Source of the DNA: a virus
Length of the DNA stretch: 64,000 nucleotides
Virus record (IMG/VR): IMGVR_UViG_3300033571_014591
Span: 4,185 to 68,184 of that record
Reading direction: 5' to 3' (one strand)
The stretch's first letter is position 1, and every line of letters starts with the position of its first letter. The notes under the pieces are model-generated. The model had not been told where the DNA came from. It searched no databases and saw nothing but the letters and a program-made list of their open reading frames with translations. A program made the position numbers and the translations under genes. This document shows, in pieces, positions 54,701-63,960 of this stretch.

Positions 54701-55771
54701 AGCTGGACTGGCACCCTGATTAACAAGGTGCGCGTGCGGCCTAATGATGACTGCCTTGCGTGGCAGCTCTTCAAGGTGGACTGGATTTCACAGCAGGAAC
54801 CCCCGAAGATCTCGAAGTGGGATACGTACTTTGAGAATGGGTGGGATCAGTATTACACCGGGCTTGACCTCTATTGCCATACGTTTGGGCTTGATAAGAC
54901 GATTGAGATTTACGTCGATGACGTCTTGGTGAAGACCGCCACGGTGAATACCAATGCGCGTCTGGTGAGGCACATCACCATTCCGTGGGGCCGTGGACAC
55001 GTGTTCCGGTTTGTGGCGACTGATGATAATCCTGGGGTGCTCTATGACTTCCGGTGGCACCTTGAGGCTGAGCCGTCTGAGCAGACCAACTGGAACCAGA
55101 ACTTCACAACGCAGGCGGCACTGTATGACAAGTACCTGAAGGCTGTTGTCTTTGAGTGTGACACCTTTGGGGAAGACAAAACCGTGACGATTGAATGTGA
55201 CGGTGTGGTTGTCGAGACTCTGACGATTAATGCTGACGGGCGTAAGGTAGTGCAGAAGGCTTTCCCGCAGCACCTCGGGCGGGTGTTCAGGGTGTATCCA
55301 ACCGATGATAATCCGTCGAGGCTGTACTCAGTGCAGTTCGTGTTTGACGGGGAGCCGTTTGCACTGGACCGCTGGGAGACGCAGGAGATTACTCACGGCA
55401 TGAGTGGGTGGAGCTATGCCACCTACGGAAACATTACGCTGAAGTCCACTGCGGACGTCACCCTAAGCGTGACTGCGTTCAATCAGCTGGGAGTTGCCAC
55501 TACGAAGACCTACGTGATTCCCTCAACAGCGGGAGTTAAGGTGAAGACCTTTGTGCCCTTTGAAGCCATGAAGGGGATCCTGCATAAGTATCTGCTGACC
55601 TGTTCGGTGCCCTTTACGCTCTATCAGGAAGAGACAACAGTGTTCATCCGGGAGTGGGGTACTAATCAGACAGCCCTGATGCATCCGTTCGGGGATTCTG
55701 ACCAAGACCCGACGAGGAACATGTTTAATGCGGCCCTCGCTGCCGCTCGTCCAGGAGGGACATCTAACTAA
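51791..55771 (+). CDS. Tail nozzle/tubular protein B-like (beta-propeller with insertions)
   Basis: 1326 aa; F.G...NV, GL.AP, RIYRRGG, FC.P..PDSWP, GC....., IYF...DGIY; position before the ejection proteins. Confidence 0.75.
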   Translation: MPIQKSLMGTPVVPAQLDAPFESHFTRFGLKGIDINNAVDAVEPNELTRMLNVTHRMDSSITSRAGQTNIYGSAVGTNHHSIKRLNSPNDASYTRLIGVDTALYGGVNSLSLIETGFSGEPLSMVQYHPPLSGASWMYIGDTNKMRKVRADGLSLPIGLPAPSTAASTALSAENKTVIASFTSADGTDPSSWTGNPGYTYDSPPVPIGGTEIYAVSEPAVGPGIAFGALYPQLTRSGYYAFYGVPHTVDLSQVGGVPAQDDDYIHLQLNFSHTQFIKEFRIYLVCSQTFSPSVLPGVSGEDGANSDAYVKAFSANDFAAFVQAQLTQFDAAELARIRSLRNQNLTESSPTISDARYDSMLDNPNLNTVVAGGEIARTITAASNAASDQWQPYGVVSIPLRRGDWQRIGTTAGRNWSNITGIVCYIQTGPSGENQVGTVAVRLSELYMTGGSGPDSGEAEDSPYDYRYTHYDPRTGAEGNPSPVQSETAYLDALRRSIVVTPAAYGDSSIRQRIYRRGGSAVSDWFYVGQNDSDGGAFVDEETDGEAIASTSLQIDNYQPVATVNASGDTVLGQPLNSIWGPLQDLIFGCGDPYRPGDVYFCKPGTPDSWPDDYRTEVTAPSEPLLTGCMYNSQSFVFSSERGFILYPNFSGEIPSVSAANTGCTRGPVCRWGLAVGLGGIYFVNNDGIYRTVGGAEEWLSIDIDPIFRNKVKNGYYPVDFSDLTAIRLEIFENELYFQYRDTAGDMQVMIYSIPFQFWRHYQFGADPSCFYADEGNDDSVLLIGGMTTGKTYSYSGTSDDGAAIECSMRTGAIDFGRPRLEKRFGDQTLDYDSPIELTLVNYVDYEAVQNADVLVPASSGRQVAVLDDFGTTPERAKNIATDISWSTTGTSPIIYQLGTTMQAEPDITVNRVTQWDDLGHADASYLMGVTFDCDTGGEDRTIIIEGDYDGAIITVATLTVNASGRRKLKFSWTGTLINKVRVRPNDDCLAWQLFKVDWISQQEPPKISKWDTYFENGWDQYYTGLDLYCHTFGLDKTIEIYVDDVLVKTATVNTNARLVRHITIPWGRGHVFRFVATDDNPGVLYDFRWHLEAEPSEQTNWNQNFTTQAALYDKYLKAVVFECDTFGEDKTVTIECDGVVVETLTINADGRKVVQKAFPQHLGRVFRVYPTDDNPSRLYSVQFVFDGEPFALDRWETQEITHGMSGWSYATYGNITLKSTADVTLSVTAFNQLGVATTKTYVIPSTAGVKVKTFVPFEAMKGILHKYLLTCSVPFTLYQEETTVFIREWGTNQTALMHPFGDSDQDPTRNMFNAALAAARPGGTSN

Positions 55772-56430
55772 TGGCCCCGGCAAAGCAGAAAAGCTACCCG
55801 CGTGTTGCCAATATTAAGGACCAGGACGTCAGGGAGACTATTAGATTGCTCTGGGACGCTGTGCATAACCAGACAGAAACTGCGACGGCCTCTGTTGCAG
55901 ACTTGAGTGCAGCGAACTCAACTATCTCACAGCTGCAGGACACCATCAGTAAGATGCAGAAGCAGATCACCCAAGTCGCCGCTGGTGGAGGTACTGCAAC
56001 ACCTTCGTCTGTGGGCGGGGGCGGGTCTGCGGGAACCTCAGGTGGTTCAGGCAGCGGGACTGCAGGCGGTGGCGGGGGCCCAAGTCCTATCCCTGTGTAT
56101 CATTCGGACCAGTCTGCTGTGGTTATTCAGGCGAAGGCCGATTTGATTGCTGCATCGGTGGACCTGTCTGGGGTATGCGGCAGCTTTCAGATTATCAAGC
56201 TGGCCGTGTGGCGGTTAAAGGATCTGCCAGACCAATCAGGGATCTCTCTGATTGGCAAGGGCGGGACCAACTGTGACGGCTACTCTATTGACGCCATTAT
56301 GTATCTAGACGGGACTGTGTGGGATCTACTGATTGACGCAGATAACGGGACAAATGCAACCCCCACGTGGAATTATGCGGGAACCCGGCCTGTCAGTGAC
56401 GCTCGGCCACCTATTGCACCGGCTATCTAA
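55771..56430 (+). CDS. Coiled-coil/Gly-linker protein with C-terminal Cys-pair domain
   Basis: C-domain clearly similar to the N-domain of 61815..62375. Confidence 0.7.
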   Translation: MAPAKQKSYPRVANIKDQDVRETIRLLWDAVHNQTETATASVADLSAANSTISQLQDTISKMQKQITQVAAGGGTATPSSVGGGGSAGTSGGSGSGTAGGGGGPSPIPVYHSDQSAVVIQAKADLIAASVDLSGVCGSFQIIKLAVWRLKDLPDQSGISLIGKGGTNCDGYSIDAIMYLDGTVWDLLIDADNGTNATPTWNYAGTRPVSDARPPIAPAI

Positions 56431-56462
56431 ATGTTGCCTGCTGCCCCCTTTTAGGGCGAATA

Positions 56463-56837
56463 TTGAGCATTAATATGGTAGTGCGAGAGCTTCCCCACGA
56501 AGAATGGTATCGACTGCAGGATCTGCCCATGGCAGGTGCAGGGCTGCCAGCCCCTGAGGTGCTGGTAGTTGTGGCAGAGGATGACCACGGAGACATCATC
56601 GGCGTGTGGACTGCGGGGCCAATTATTGTACTTGAAGGGCTATGGGTGAGAGAAGACCACCAGAAGAAGAGTGCCCTCTACCGGATGTTCCACTTCATGG
56701 TGGAGCAGCTTAAGGCCATCGGAGTTCCTGTGGTGTATTCCATCGTTCAAACCCCAGACATGCACAGATTGGCAGCACATGGTGGGTTTCAGCCCATCGA
56801 CGGCCAGCTGATTGCCCTCAATTTAGGAGATAAATAA
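56463..56837 (+). CDS. GNAT-like acetyltransferase (T7 gp13-like position)
   Basis: VAED..GDIIG, EGLWV...HQ, GF; start probably 56475. Confidence 0.6.
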   Translation: MSINMVVRELPHEEWYRLQDLPMAGAGLPAPEVLVVVAEDDHGDIIGVWTAGPIIVLEGLWVREDHQKKSALYRMFHFMVEQLKAIGVPVVYSIVQTPDMHRLAAHGGFQPIDGQLIALNLGDK

Positions 56838-56839
56838 GA

Positions 56840-57505
56840 ATGCCAGCTATTCCTATTATTGGGCTGGGAATTGGTGCCTACTCAGCCTACCAGCAAGCAA
56901 GAAACCAGGGGAAGATCGCCAACGCCCAGCGGGACATGATGAACCGGCAGTCAGGGCTGGCCAATGAGATCTCCACCATGGGCAAGGGCCAGATGCAGAT
57001 GGGCCAGCCTGCTATGGCGAAGGCCATGCAGTATTACACCACGCTTGCTGGTGGCGGCAGAGGAGCTATGAACGCAGCCATGGCACCTGAGCGCAACCAG
57101 ATGGCTGAGAGCTTCCGGGGTGCCGAGCAGGGCATGCTCGCCCGTATGGGTCCAGGTGCAGGACGTGACCGTGCGATTGCTGAGATGTACCGCAATAAGG
57201 CAGGAGCCATGGGCATGATGCCGTTCCAGGCACGCCAAGGCGCAATGGGGCAGCTGGCCGGAATGGGTGGTCAGATGATGAACCGGGGTGCGGACATGAT
57301 GGGGGCAGCTGGTGACGTCATGAGCGGTGCTTCAGCCACAGGTCAGAGAGCAAGCCAAGCCCAGCAGACCGCAGGTAATGCGTGGGGTAACTTGATCACG
57401 CAGGGTACGCAGGCTGCAGCAGGCGGGTGGGATTGGTGGAAAAATCGACAGAACGGTGGCGGAAACGGCCAACCCGGTCCATGGTCGGGGGGTTATAAGT
57501 TCTAA
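56840..57505 (+). CDS. Putative ejection/internal virion protein
   Basis: Gly/Ala/Gln/Met-rich; hydrophobic N-terminal G...GAYSA. Confidence 0.7.
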   Translation: MPAIPIIGLGIGAYSAYQQARNQGKIANAQRDMMNRQSGLANEISTMGKGQMQMGQPAMAKAMQYYTTLAGGGRGAMNAAMAPERNQMAESFRGAEQGMLARMGPGAGRDRAIAEMYRNKAGAMGMMPFQARQGAMGQLAGMGGQMMNRGADMMGAAGDVMSGASATGQRASQAQQTAGNAWGNLITQGTQAAAGGWDWWKNRQNGGGNGQPGPWSGGYKF

Positions 57506-59304
57506 TGGCTGACGAATACATTTCTCCGCTTGGCAGTCTGGTTAACTGGATTGAAGGAGAGCGGCAGCGGAATCGCCAGCAGGAAGACGCTGACCTTGAC
57601 CAGAAGATTACCCTGATCCATGACATGATCACTGGCCCGGGAGCTAACCCGGCGCGTACTGCTGACGGTATTAGAAGTATCCTTGAGCTCCAGCAGGCCA
57701 AGGGCGGTCGGCAGAAGGGTAAGCGCAAGGGCGGTATGGCTGGCTTCATGGGTGCCAATGAAGAGATGATGCCGGATTTTCTGGCTCAGCTCATTCATAA
57801 AGACCGCCCATATCAGGGGCCAACCTACGAGGAGAAGCAGACCCCGGTTATGCAGCCTGCCAGTGTGAGCAGACTGCCCGGACAGATGGACCAGCAGCCG
57901 TCGTTTGGGTCGGCTATTGGAATCAATCAGCAGCCTGATGAGCAGATCAGCAGTGCTGCGATTAGCCAACAGATGGGCCGGGGTGCGCCAACAGGTGGAC
58001 AGTCCGTGCTTAGGGATCCCGTGATGATTCCGCCCCCACCGCTTAATGCAGCCCCCACGGGGACTCCCATGCTGAGTGCCGCAAGGCAGATGCAGCAGCA
58101 GCCGCAGAATGTCCAGCTTCCTGGGGCCATGGGCATGCAGACTACACGCACGCAGTTGCCAGATGAGCAGCAGCCGTTCATGCGGAGTCCTCAGGAGATT
58201 GCTGAACTTGAGGGGCAGGCCGCTGGCATCAAGGAGAATGCCATCTATGATGCGCGGAACCAGGCCAAGATTGCCATGTATAAGCGTGCTGGACTCAGCG
58301 ATGAGGAGATCCGGCAGCTGCTTGTACGCGAGGCTACAGGAGCTGGAGCGCAGCTGCAGATTCAGGACGCAGGGTTCTTTAAGATTGGTGACCGGGTTAT
58401 CCATGCTATTCGCCAGTTGAATCCCCGCACAGGGATGTGGGACACCGTAGATCAGGTGTCGGGGCTGCCTGTTCCTCCAGAGGCTGAGGTGATTGCTGCT
58501 CCATCAACTATGAATGATACTGCACCTACTTCGTATAAAGAGTGGCAAAGAAGCAAAACTGATGCTGAGTCCCGTGGTGAAACTGATTTCCCCTCGTATG
58601 AAGAGTGGCTGACGATTGATGCTCGGCGCAGACCAAGTGTTAATGTCACTGTCCCCCGTAATGAGGCTGGGCTGACAAATTCGCAGGCATTGGCCGCAGC
58701 TGCTTCTGCACAAACCCGTTATGAACGGACGCGGCAAGAGCTTAACGACATTGAGCGCAATGTCGGGGTGATGAATACTACCCTACCCATCCTGGAGGCT
58801 GAGGTAAAACAGACAGGTGGTAAGCTTGGCCCATCGCATATCGCACTAATCTATGCGTTTAACCATGCTGTTGAACCTGATTCGGTAGTTCGTGAGGGTG
58901 AGTTTGACCGCGCTACTAAGGGACAGGCATGGTTTGACCGTCTAAGAGGCCTTGCAACTAAGATGAGCAAGGGCGGTGTTGGGATGACCATCGAAGAGGT
59001 CAGAGAATACGTCACTCTTGCTAATGCAATTATGAAGGCTGCCCAGATTAGACATAGGCAGCAAGAGCTGAGCGCATTTGCTGCTCAAGCTAAGGCCGGT
59101 GGATACGGACTAGATCAAGTGTTTAGGAAGGACGACCTGGATTACTGGAACGGACCGAATGCTGGAGGTGCTGGTACACCACAGCCCACAGGGCCACAGG
59201 TGGGTGATACTCGTCAGGCACAAAACGGGCTGACTTTATACTTCGATGGCCAAGGATGGACAGATACCCCAGTGCTTCCTAATCCCCCTGGAGGAAAGCG
59301 GTAA
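57505..59304 (+). CDS. Putative ejection/internal virion protein
   Basis: Q/P-rich; contains the DP/EP.SVVREGEF motif seen in podovirus DNA-transfer proteins. Confidence 0.7.
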   Translation: MADEYISPLGSLVNWIEGERQRNRQQEDADLDQKITLIHDMITGPGANPARTADGIRSILELQQAKGGRQKGKRKGGMAGFMGANEEMMPDFLAQLIHKDRPYQGPTYEEKQTPVMQPASVSRLPGQMDQQPSFGSAIGINQQPDEQISSAAISQQMGRGAPTGGQSVLRDPVMIPPPPLNAAPTGTPMLSAARQMQQQPQNVQLPGAMGMQTTRTQLPDEQQPFMRSPQEIAELEGQAAGIKENAIYDARNQAKIAMYKRAGLSDEEIRQLLVREATGAGAQLQIQDAGFFKIGDRVIHAIRQLNPRTGMWDTVDQVSGLPVPPEAEVIAAPSTMNDTAPTSYKEWQRSKTDAESRGETDFPSYEEWLTIDARRRPSVNVTVPRNEAGLTNSQALAAAASAQTRYERTRQELNDIERNVGVMNTTLPILEAEVKQTGGKLGPSHIALIYAFNHAVEPDSVVREGEFDRATKGQAWFDRLRGLATKMSKGGVGMTIEEVREYVTLANAIMKAAQIRHRQQELSAFAAQAKAGGYGLDQVFRKDDLDYWNGPNAGGAGTPQPTGPQVGDTRQAQNGLTLYFDGQGWTDTPVLPNPPGGKR

Positions 59305-61187
59305 TGGCTCAGAAGAAATACTTTGACCCAGACTCTGGGGAAGAAATTACTCCTCAGGCGCTAGCTAAGCAGCCCAACGTGAAGATCTCAGAGGAGGGCT
59401 ACGGTCAGATGGCACTGAATCCTGAGATTGGCGGCGTCTATACAGGGTTTGGCGCACCGCCACGACAGAAGGCTCCACTACCTACGCGGTCTCCTATTTC
59501 TCCTACAGATATTCCTGAGACCCCAAAGGATAAGTTCTTTGGTGCTGTTGCTGCTACCCCCCGTGTGGCGAAGCAGGTTACAGACTGGGGCTTGGATAAG
59601 TTGGCAGACCCTGAGGTATTAGCTGGGCTGGGTGCCGGGTATCTGACAGGCGGGTTAGGCTTAATACCTGCAATGCTGGCGAGTGGGGGTGCTACAGCTA
59701 GTGTTGCGGCTGCCAGAGAAGGGTATAGCGCATCTAAAGAGGGCAGACAGGCAAATTACACAGCTCCTCTTGCGACAGGTATGGCATCAGGCATGATCAA
59801 TGAGGCTGGGGGCCGTATGCTTATGGCTCCCTTCCGGGTTAGGCCTGAGATGACACCAGCAGGATCGCAGCTAAAAGCCTACTTCGATGCTAAAAATGTC
59901 CCTTACATGGCGAACCAATTGACGGATTCTCCAGGGCTGAATTTTGCAGCGAACTTTGCAAAGTATGCCCCAACCAGCAAGCACATTGTGCAGGATATTG
60001 AAGAGCAGCAGGGCAGCAAATTCTTTGACGATATCCACCGCGCTGCACTTGAGATGAGTCCTAATCAGACAATCCCATTAACAGCAGAGGGAACACTTAA
60101 TACAGGAGTATCAGGCCAGTTAGCCCAGAAAGATATTGCAGAGCAGCTCATTGAGGCACCTAAAACTAGCGGGTTCCCTGAGTTTATGTCTAAGTACGGC
60201 AAAGCACGAAAGACTAAAACAGTAGATATAGGTGATGGCGGCCCTGCTGTTACACAGAAGGGACCAACTGTTGAGGCAAGCCATAAGACTAGAAGTGAAC
60301 TTCTGGCAGAGAGCAGAAATCCCAACATCAGTCGGGCAGAACGTCAAGATCTACTAAGGCAAGCCAGCGGTAAGCTCCGTAGTATTAATGAAGCATTACC
60401 TGACGAGACAGCGCGAGAAGAATATAAAGCAATTGCTACCAAATACAAGACATTAATGGGGCGAATTGATAACCCCACGACTGAAGCCCTGCGTACAGGT
60501 GTAGCTAATGATATTCCTGACCAGCTGTTGGATTCTAAGTTGTATAACTACGAAAACCTCAAGACTAAAACAGGTCATACCTTTGATGATCTTTTAGGCA
60601 AGGTACAGAGTGCCCTTTCTCCCGAGGCATGGGGTCAACTTCAAGCTGACACTGTCTATAGAGCAGCTGAGAGGGCCATAGACAAGAATACCGGCTTTAT
60701 CAATGCTGACGCACTGCAGAAGATTATCAATAATATCGATGAGCCTACAAGAAAACGACTCTTCGGCAAGAGCTTACCTGATGTCAGCCTAACGGCCAAG
60801 CTGCTGTCTCAAGCGCAAAAATACCATAAGGACGAAGCCGGTAGACTGTTTGCTGCTATTAGAACAGGTGGCGCTATTACAGCATTAACTACAGGCGCTG
60901 TTACTGGGAATATTGGTAAGGGCGCTGTAGGTTCAGCCCTGGTGCTTGCCAGTCCAAAACTCTTGGCAAAGGTATTAACTAGTCCTATCGGGCATAGGCT
61001 GCTGGTTCGGTCTCTTGGCAGTACAGCTAAGCCAGGTACTGTGCAGGCGTCCCGTGCGCTAGTGGCATGGCTAACCAAGGCCGCAGGTGAAGAGCTAAGA
61101 GAAGCTGTTGTCGCCCCTGAAGAGGTGCAGCAAGAAAGTGTAGCTGGTCCAGATACCGATATGGGCATCCCCGAGCCACCACAGTAA
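59304..61187 (+). CDS. Putative ejection/DNA-transfer protein
   Basis: Gly/Ala-rich hydrophobic stretches; C-terminal P..LAK.LTSP motif. Confidence 0.7.
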   Translation: MAQKKYFDPDSGEEITPQALAKQPNVKISEEGYGQMALNPEIGGVYTGFGAPPRQKAPLPTRSPISPTDIPETPKDKFFGAVAATPRVAKQVTDWGLDKLADPEVLAGLGAGYLTGGLGLIPAMLASGGATASVAAAREGYSASKEGRQANYTAPLATGMASGMINEAGGRMLMAPFRVRPEMTPAGSQLKAYFDAKNVPYMANQLTDSPGLNFAANFAKYAPTSKHIVQDIEEQQGSKFFDDIHRAALEMSPNQTIPLTAEGTLNTGVSGQLAQKDIAEQLIEAPKTSGFPEFMSKYGKARKTKTVDIGDGGPAVTQKGPTVEASHKTRSELLAESRNPNISRAERQDLLRQASGKLRSINEALPDETAREEYKAIATKYKTLMGRIDNPTTEALRTGVANDIPDQLLDSKLYNYENLKTKTGHTFDDLLGKVQSALSPEAWGQLQADTVYRAAERAIDKNTGFINADALQKIINNIDEPTRKRLFGKSLPDVSLTAKLLSQAQKYHKDEAGRLFAAIRTGGAITALTTGAVTGNIGKGAVGSALVLASPKLLAKVLTSPIGHRLLVRSLGSTAKPGTVQASRALVAWLTKAAGEELREAVVAPEEVQQESVAGPDTDMGIPEPPQ

Positions 61188-61411
61188 TGGCTGACTTCGA
61201 CCTGCAGACCTACCTGATTAACATGGAAGGCCGGTTAACTGACCGGTTTGATGCGATCGACAAGAGGCTTGAAGATATTCCCGAGCTGCAGACGAGGACG
61301 GCATTGCTTGAGCAAACGGTGGGGACGCTGACGAGGGGGCTTTGGGCACTCCTTGCCGCGTTTCTGAGCAGTGCTGTCGCGTATTTGATTTCTGCCTTTC
61401 GCCACTCCTAA
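61187..61411 (+). CDS. Holin-like membrane protein (coiled coil plus C-terminal TM)
   Basis: Directly upstream of the endolysin. Confidence 0.55.
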   Translation: MADFDLQTYLINMEGRLTDRFDAIDKRLEDIPELQTRTALLEQTVGTLTRGLWALLAAFLSSAVAYLISAFRHS

Positions 61412-61417
61412 GGAATT

Positions 61418-61795
61418 ATGGTTAAGCTTGATACGATTTACCCGCCCCTGTTGAAGGCGGTGCAGGGCGTGCTGACTCAGATGGCTGCAGAGGGGCACCC
61501 TATGCGGATCTGTCAGGGTGTGCGGACCACTGAAGAGCAGCAGAAGCTGTGGCAGCAGGGCAGGACTACTCCGGGGAAGATCATTACGAATGCGGACGGG
61601 GTGAAGAAGAAGTCCAACCACCAGGTACGTGAGGACGGTTGGGGGCATGCTGTTGATTGCTGCTTTACCACTGGAGATCCTTTCGGGGAAAGCCAGCCGT
61701 GGGCACGGTTTGGTGAGCTGGTGAGGGCTGCAGGGCTGAAGTGGGGCGGGGACTGGGTGTCATTTAAGGACCGGCCACACGTGGAGTTGGCATAG
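61418..61795 (+). CDS. Endolysin, M15 family peptidase (L-Ala-D-Glu type)
   Basis: G.RT.EEQ..L..QGRT.PG.I.TNA, SNH, AVD, WGGDW, DRPHVE. Confidence 0.92.
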   Translation: MVKLDTIYPPLLKAVQGVLTQMAAEGHPMRICQGVRTTEEQQKLWQQGRTTPGKIITNADGVKKKSNHQVREDGWGHAVDCCFTTGDPFGESQPWARFGELVRAAGLKWGGDWVSFKDRPHVELA

Positions 61796-61814
61796 AAGTT
61801 GCAGAAAGGATAAT

Positions 61815-62375
61815 ATGGCTAAGTCTGATGTAGAGATTGTGAAGGCACAGCTAGAGGCACAGGGGGTCAATGTGAGCACCCCGTGTGGGGCGTTTAAGAT
61901 CACTAAGGGTGTCGCAGAGAGGCTGGCTCATACTGGAGCGGGGCTGCTTAGTAAGCCGTCAGGGAATAACTGCGACGGGTTTGCTGTGGACATCATTGCA
62001 TATGCCGATGGACGGATTTTTGACATCCTGATTGACTCAGGCGGGGCTAATGAGCCGACCTGGGACGCCAAGGGTGAGGTGGACCCGTCACGGTGGGTGC
62101 CTGTGCCGCCCTCTAAGGGGCCGTCAGAGGCCATTCCGGATCCTCCGGTAACTAACCCCTCAGGGTCAGCCTGCAAATGCAACCTGGAGCCTCTGGAGGG
62201 CTCTCTGGAGGGCATTACGGCTCTTCTGAAGGCTATTGGGCCAAAGCTAGATATGGTTCTGGTTCATCTGGACGACCTAGATCAGCTAGGCAGAGAGATT
62301 AAGCAGCGGCAGGATCGGGCGTTCAGTGGAAGGATCTTCGGAGTTAACTTTACGTTAGACGTCCGCAAGGATTAA
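61815..62375 (+). CDS. Lysis-module protein sharing a domain with 55771..56430
   Basis: GLLSK..GNNCDG.AVDII.Y.DG...DIL.D; Pro linker; coiled-coil tail. Confidence 0.7.
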   Translation: MAKSDVEIVKAQLEAQGVNVSTPCGAFKITKGVAERLAHTGAGLLSKPSGNNCDGFAVDIIAYADGRIFDILIDSGGANEPTWDAKGEVDPSRWVPVPPSKGPSEAIPDPPVTNPSGSACKCNLEPLEGSLEGITALLKAIGPKLDMVLVHLDDLDQLGREIKQRQDRAFSGRIFGVNFTLDVRKD

Positions 62376-62408
62376 CTAGGTCGAGTTGGCATAACTATTG
62401 TATACTTC

Positions 62409-62816
62409 ATGGTTATGTCAAAAACACCTGAAAAACTGGCCTATCAGCGCCGATATCGACTGAAAACCGGCAATAGCTGCACTAAGAAGTATGAGAAGTC
62501 ACCTAAAGGGTTTCTCATGCGGACCTATAGAAATATGGAGTCCCGCGTTAAAGGAATTCAGTATAAGAAAGCTCACCTATATTTAGGTTTAGAGCTATTG
62601 CCCCGTGAAGATTTTTATACCTGGGCTACAACAGACTCTAAATTCTGGGCACTATTTGCTGGGTGGGCAGCTGCAGAGTTTAAGAGAACGCTTACCCCCA
62701 GTATAAATAGAATTGACACGTCTAGAGGATATGTATTGGATAATATTGAATGGCTAACTCATTCAGAAAATTCTAGACTAGGTGCAATTAACCGTAAACC
62801 TAAAGGAGCGCAATGA
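62409..62816 (+). CDS. HNH-like homing endonuclease
   Basis: PSINRID...GY..DNIEW.T..EN; AT-rich. Confidence 0.75.
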   Translation: MVMSKTPEKLAYQRRYRLKTGNSCTKKYEKSPKGFLMRTYRNMESRVKGIQYKKAHLYLGLELLPREDFYTWATTDSKFWALFAGWAAAEFKRTLTPSINRIDTSRGYVLDNIEWLTHSENSRLGAINRKPKGAQ

Positions 62817-63577
62817 AGAGCTTCATTTTTGCAACTGATTTTCATTATGGCTTCGAGAGAGTCGGAGGGCACAAACGAGCTCTTCACGATGACAAAGCAA
62901 TTAGCGCCATGTTTAAGTTTGCTGCTGACTTTAAGCCAGATGTTTTCATCTTAGGTGGCGATGTCATTGATGCTGGTTGTATTAGTCACCATAATCACGG
63001 CAAGCCCGGACTTACTGAAGGGCTTAGATTAATCGATGATGTTGCAGGAGCTCATTCCTCAATTATTGCTAAAGCAGAAGCACTGAAGCCTAAGGAGTTG
63101 ATTTATATCACAGGCAACCATTGTGCTTGGTTAGATCAATTGACAGATGTAATGCCAGCTCTTCAGGGAATTATTAATCTAAAATCTCTACTAAAACTAG
63201 ATAAGTGGAAAGTAATCCCTCAAGGGGGCCAATTTGACTTGGGCAAGTTGACCTTTATGCATGGTGACACTATCAGTGGCGGAGAACATAGTGCTAAGGC
63301 GGCAGTTATTAACTATGAGAGGTCTGTTCGTTACGGTCACATGCACACGCATCAGGTCTACACTAAGAACTCACCTATAGACTATAAGAACGCTAAAACT
63401 GGTATGGCGGTTGGGTGTTTGTGCCGAAAGGGACCAGGATATGGGAAGGGAAAACCCAATAAGTGGATTCAAGGCTTTCTGGTGGGCTATGTACAACCCA
63501 ACGGAACCTTTAATGACTTTCACGTTAATATCGTAGATGGCCAGTTCGTGGGGCCAAACGGGAAGATCTACAAGTAG
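62813..63577 (+). CDS. Calcineurin-like metallophosphoesterase
   Basis: TDFH, GGD..D, GNH, HG, GHMH, GCLC, W.QGF. Confidence 0.9.
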   Translation: MKSFIFATDFHYGFERVGGHKRALHDDKAISAMFKFAADFKPDVFILGGDVIDAGCISHHNHGKPGLTEGLRLIDDVAGAHSSIIAKAEALKPKELIYITGNHCAWLDQLTDVMPALQGIINLKSLLKLDKWKVIPQGGQFDLGKLTFMHGDTISGGEHSAKAAVINYERSVRYGHMHTHQVYTKNSPIDYKNAKTGMAVGCLCRKGPGYGKGKPNKWIQGFLVGYVQPNGTFNDFHVNIVDGQFVGPNGKIYK

Positions 63578-63636
63578 GCAATGACTCAATCCGGGGCTTT
63601 CGCCCCTAGTATATATGCACCCGCTAAGATGAACTA

Positions 63637-63960
63637 ATGGCCAAGAAAAATCCTCAACTGCGTGACTTTGTTGTATGTGAATGGCGAGATGCCTTCTCTG
63701 ACGCCGCAGGGGTGTTCAATGAGGAGGAGATCAGCCAGATCAAGTCGGTCAACTTCAAGACCTACGGGGTGCTGGCCAGGAATGACATGGGAGTGCCCTC
63801 TGCTGATGCTGTGGTTGTCATTGCCACTGAGGTAGGTGATGACGGAAACTACCGAGGAATTACCAGTATTCCCGCAGAGATGGTAGTATCACTGGACTTG
63901 TTGAAAGCAGGGAAGCGGAAACGTAAGGCAAAGATTACCAAAGGTGCGGAACAGTCATGA
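63637..63960 (+). CDS. Hypothetical phage protein
   Basis: V..EW.DA, T.G.L, IP..MV pattern. Confidence 0.65.
   Translation: MAKKNPQLRDFVVCEWRDAFSDAAGVFNEEEISQIKSVNFKTYGVLARNDMGVPSADAVVVIATEVGDDGNYRGITSIPAEMVVSLDLLKAGKRKRKAKITKGAEQS

Noticed and set aside
57502-58404. 300-aa minus-strand ORF
   Set aside because: Antisense to a coupled ejection-protein gene; no motifs.
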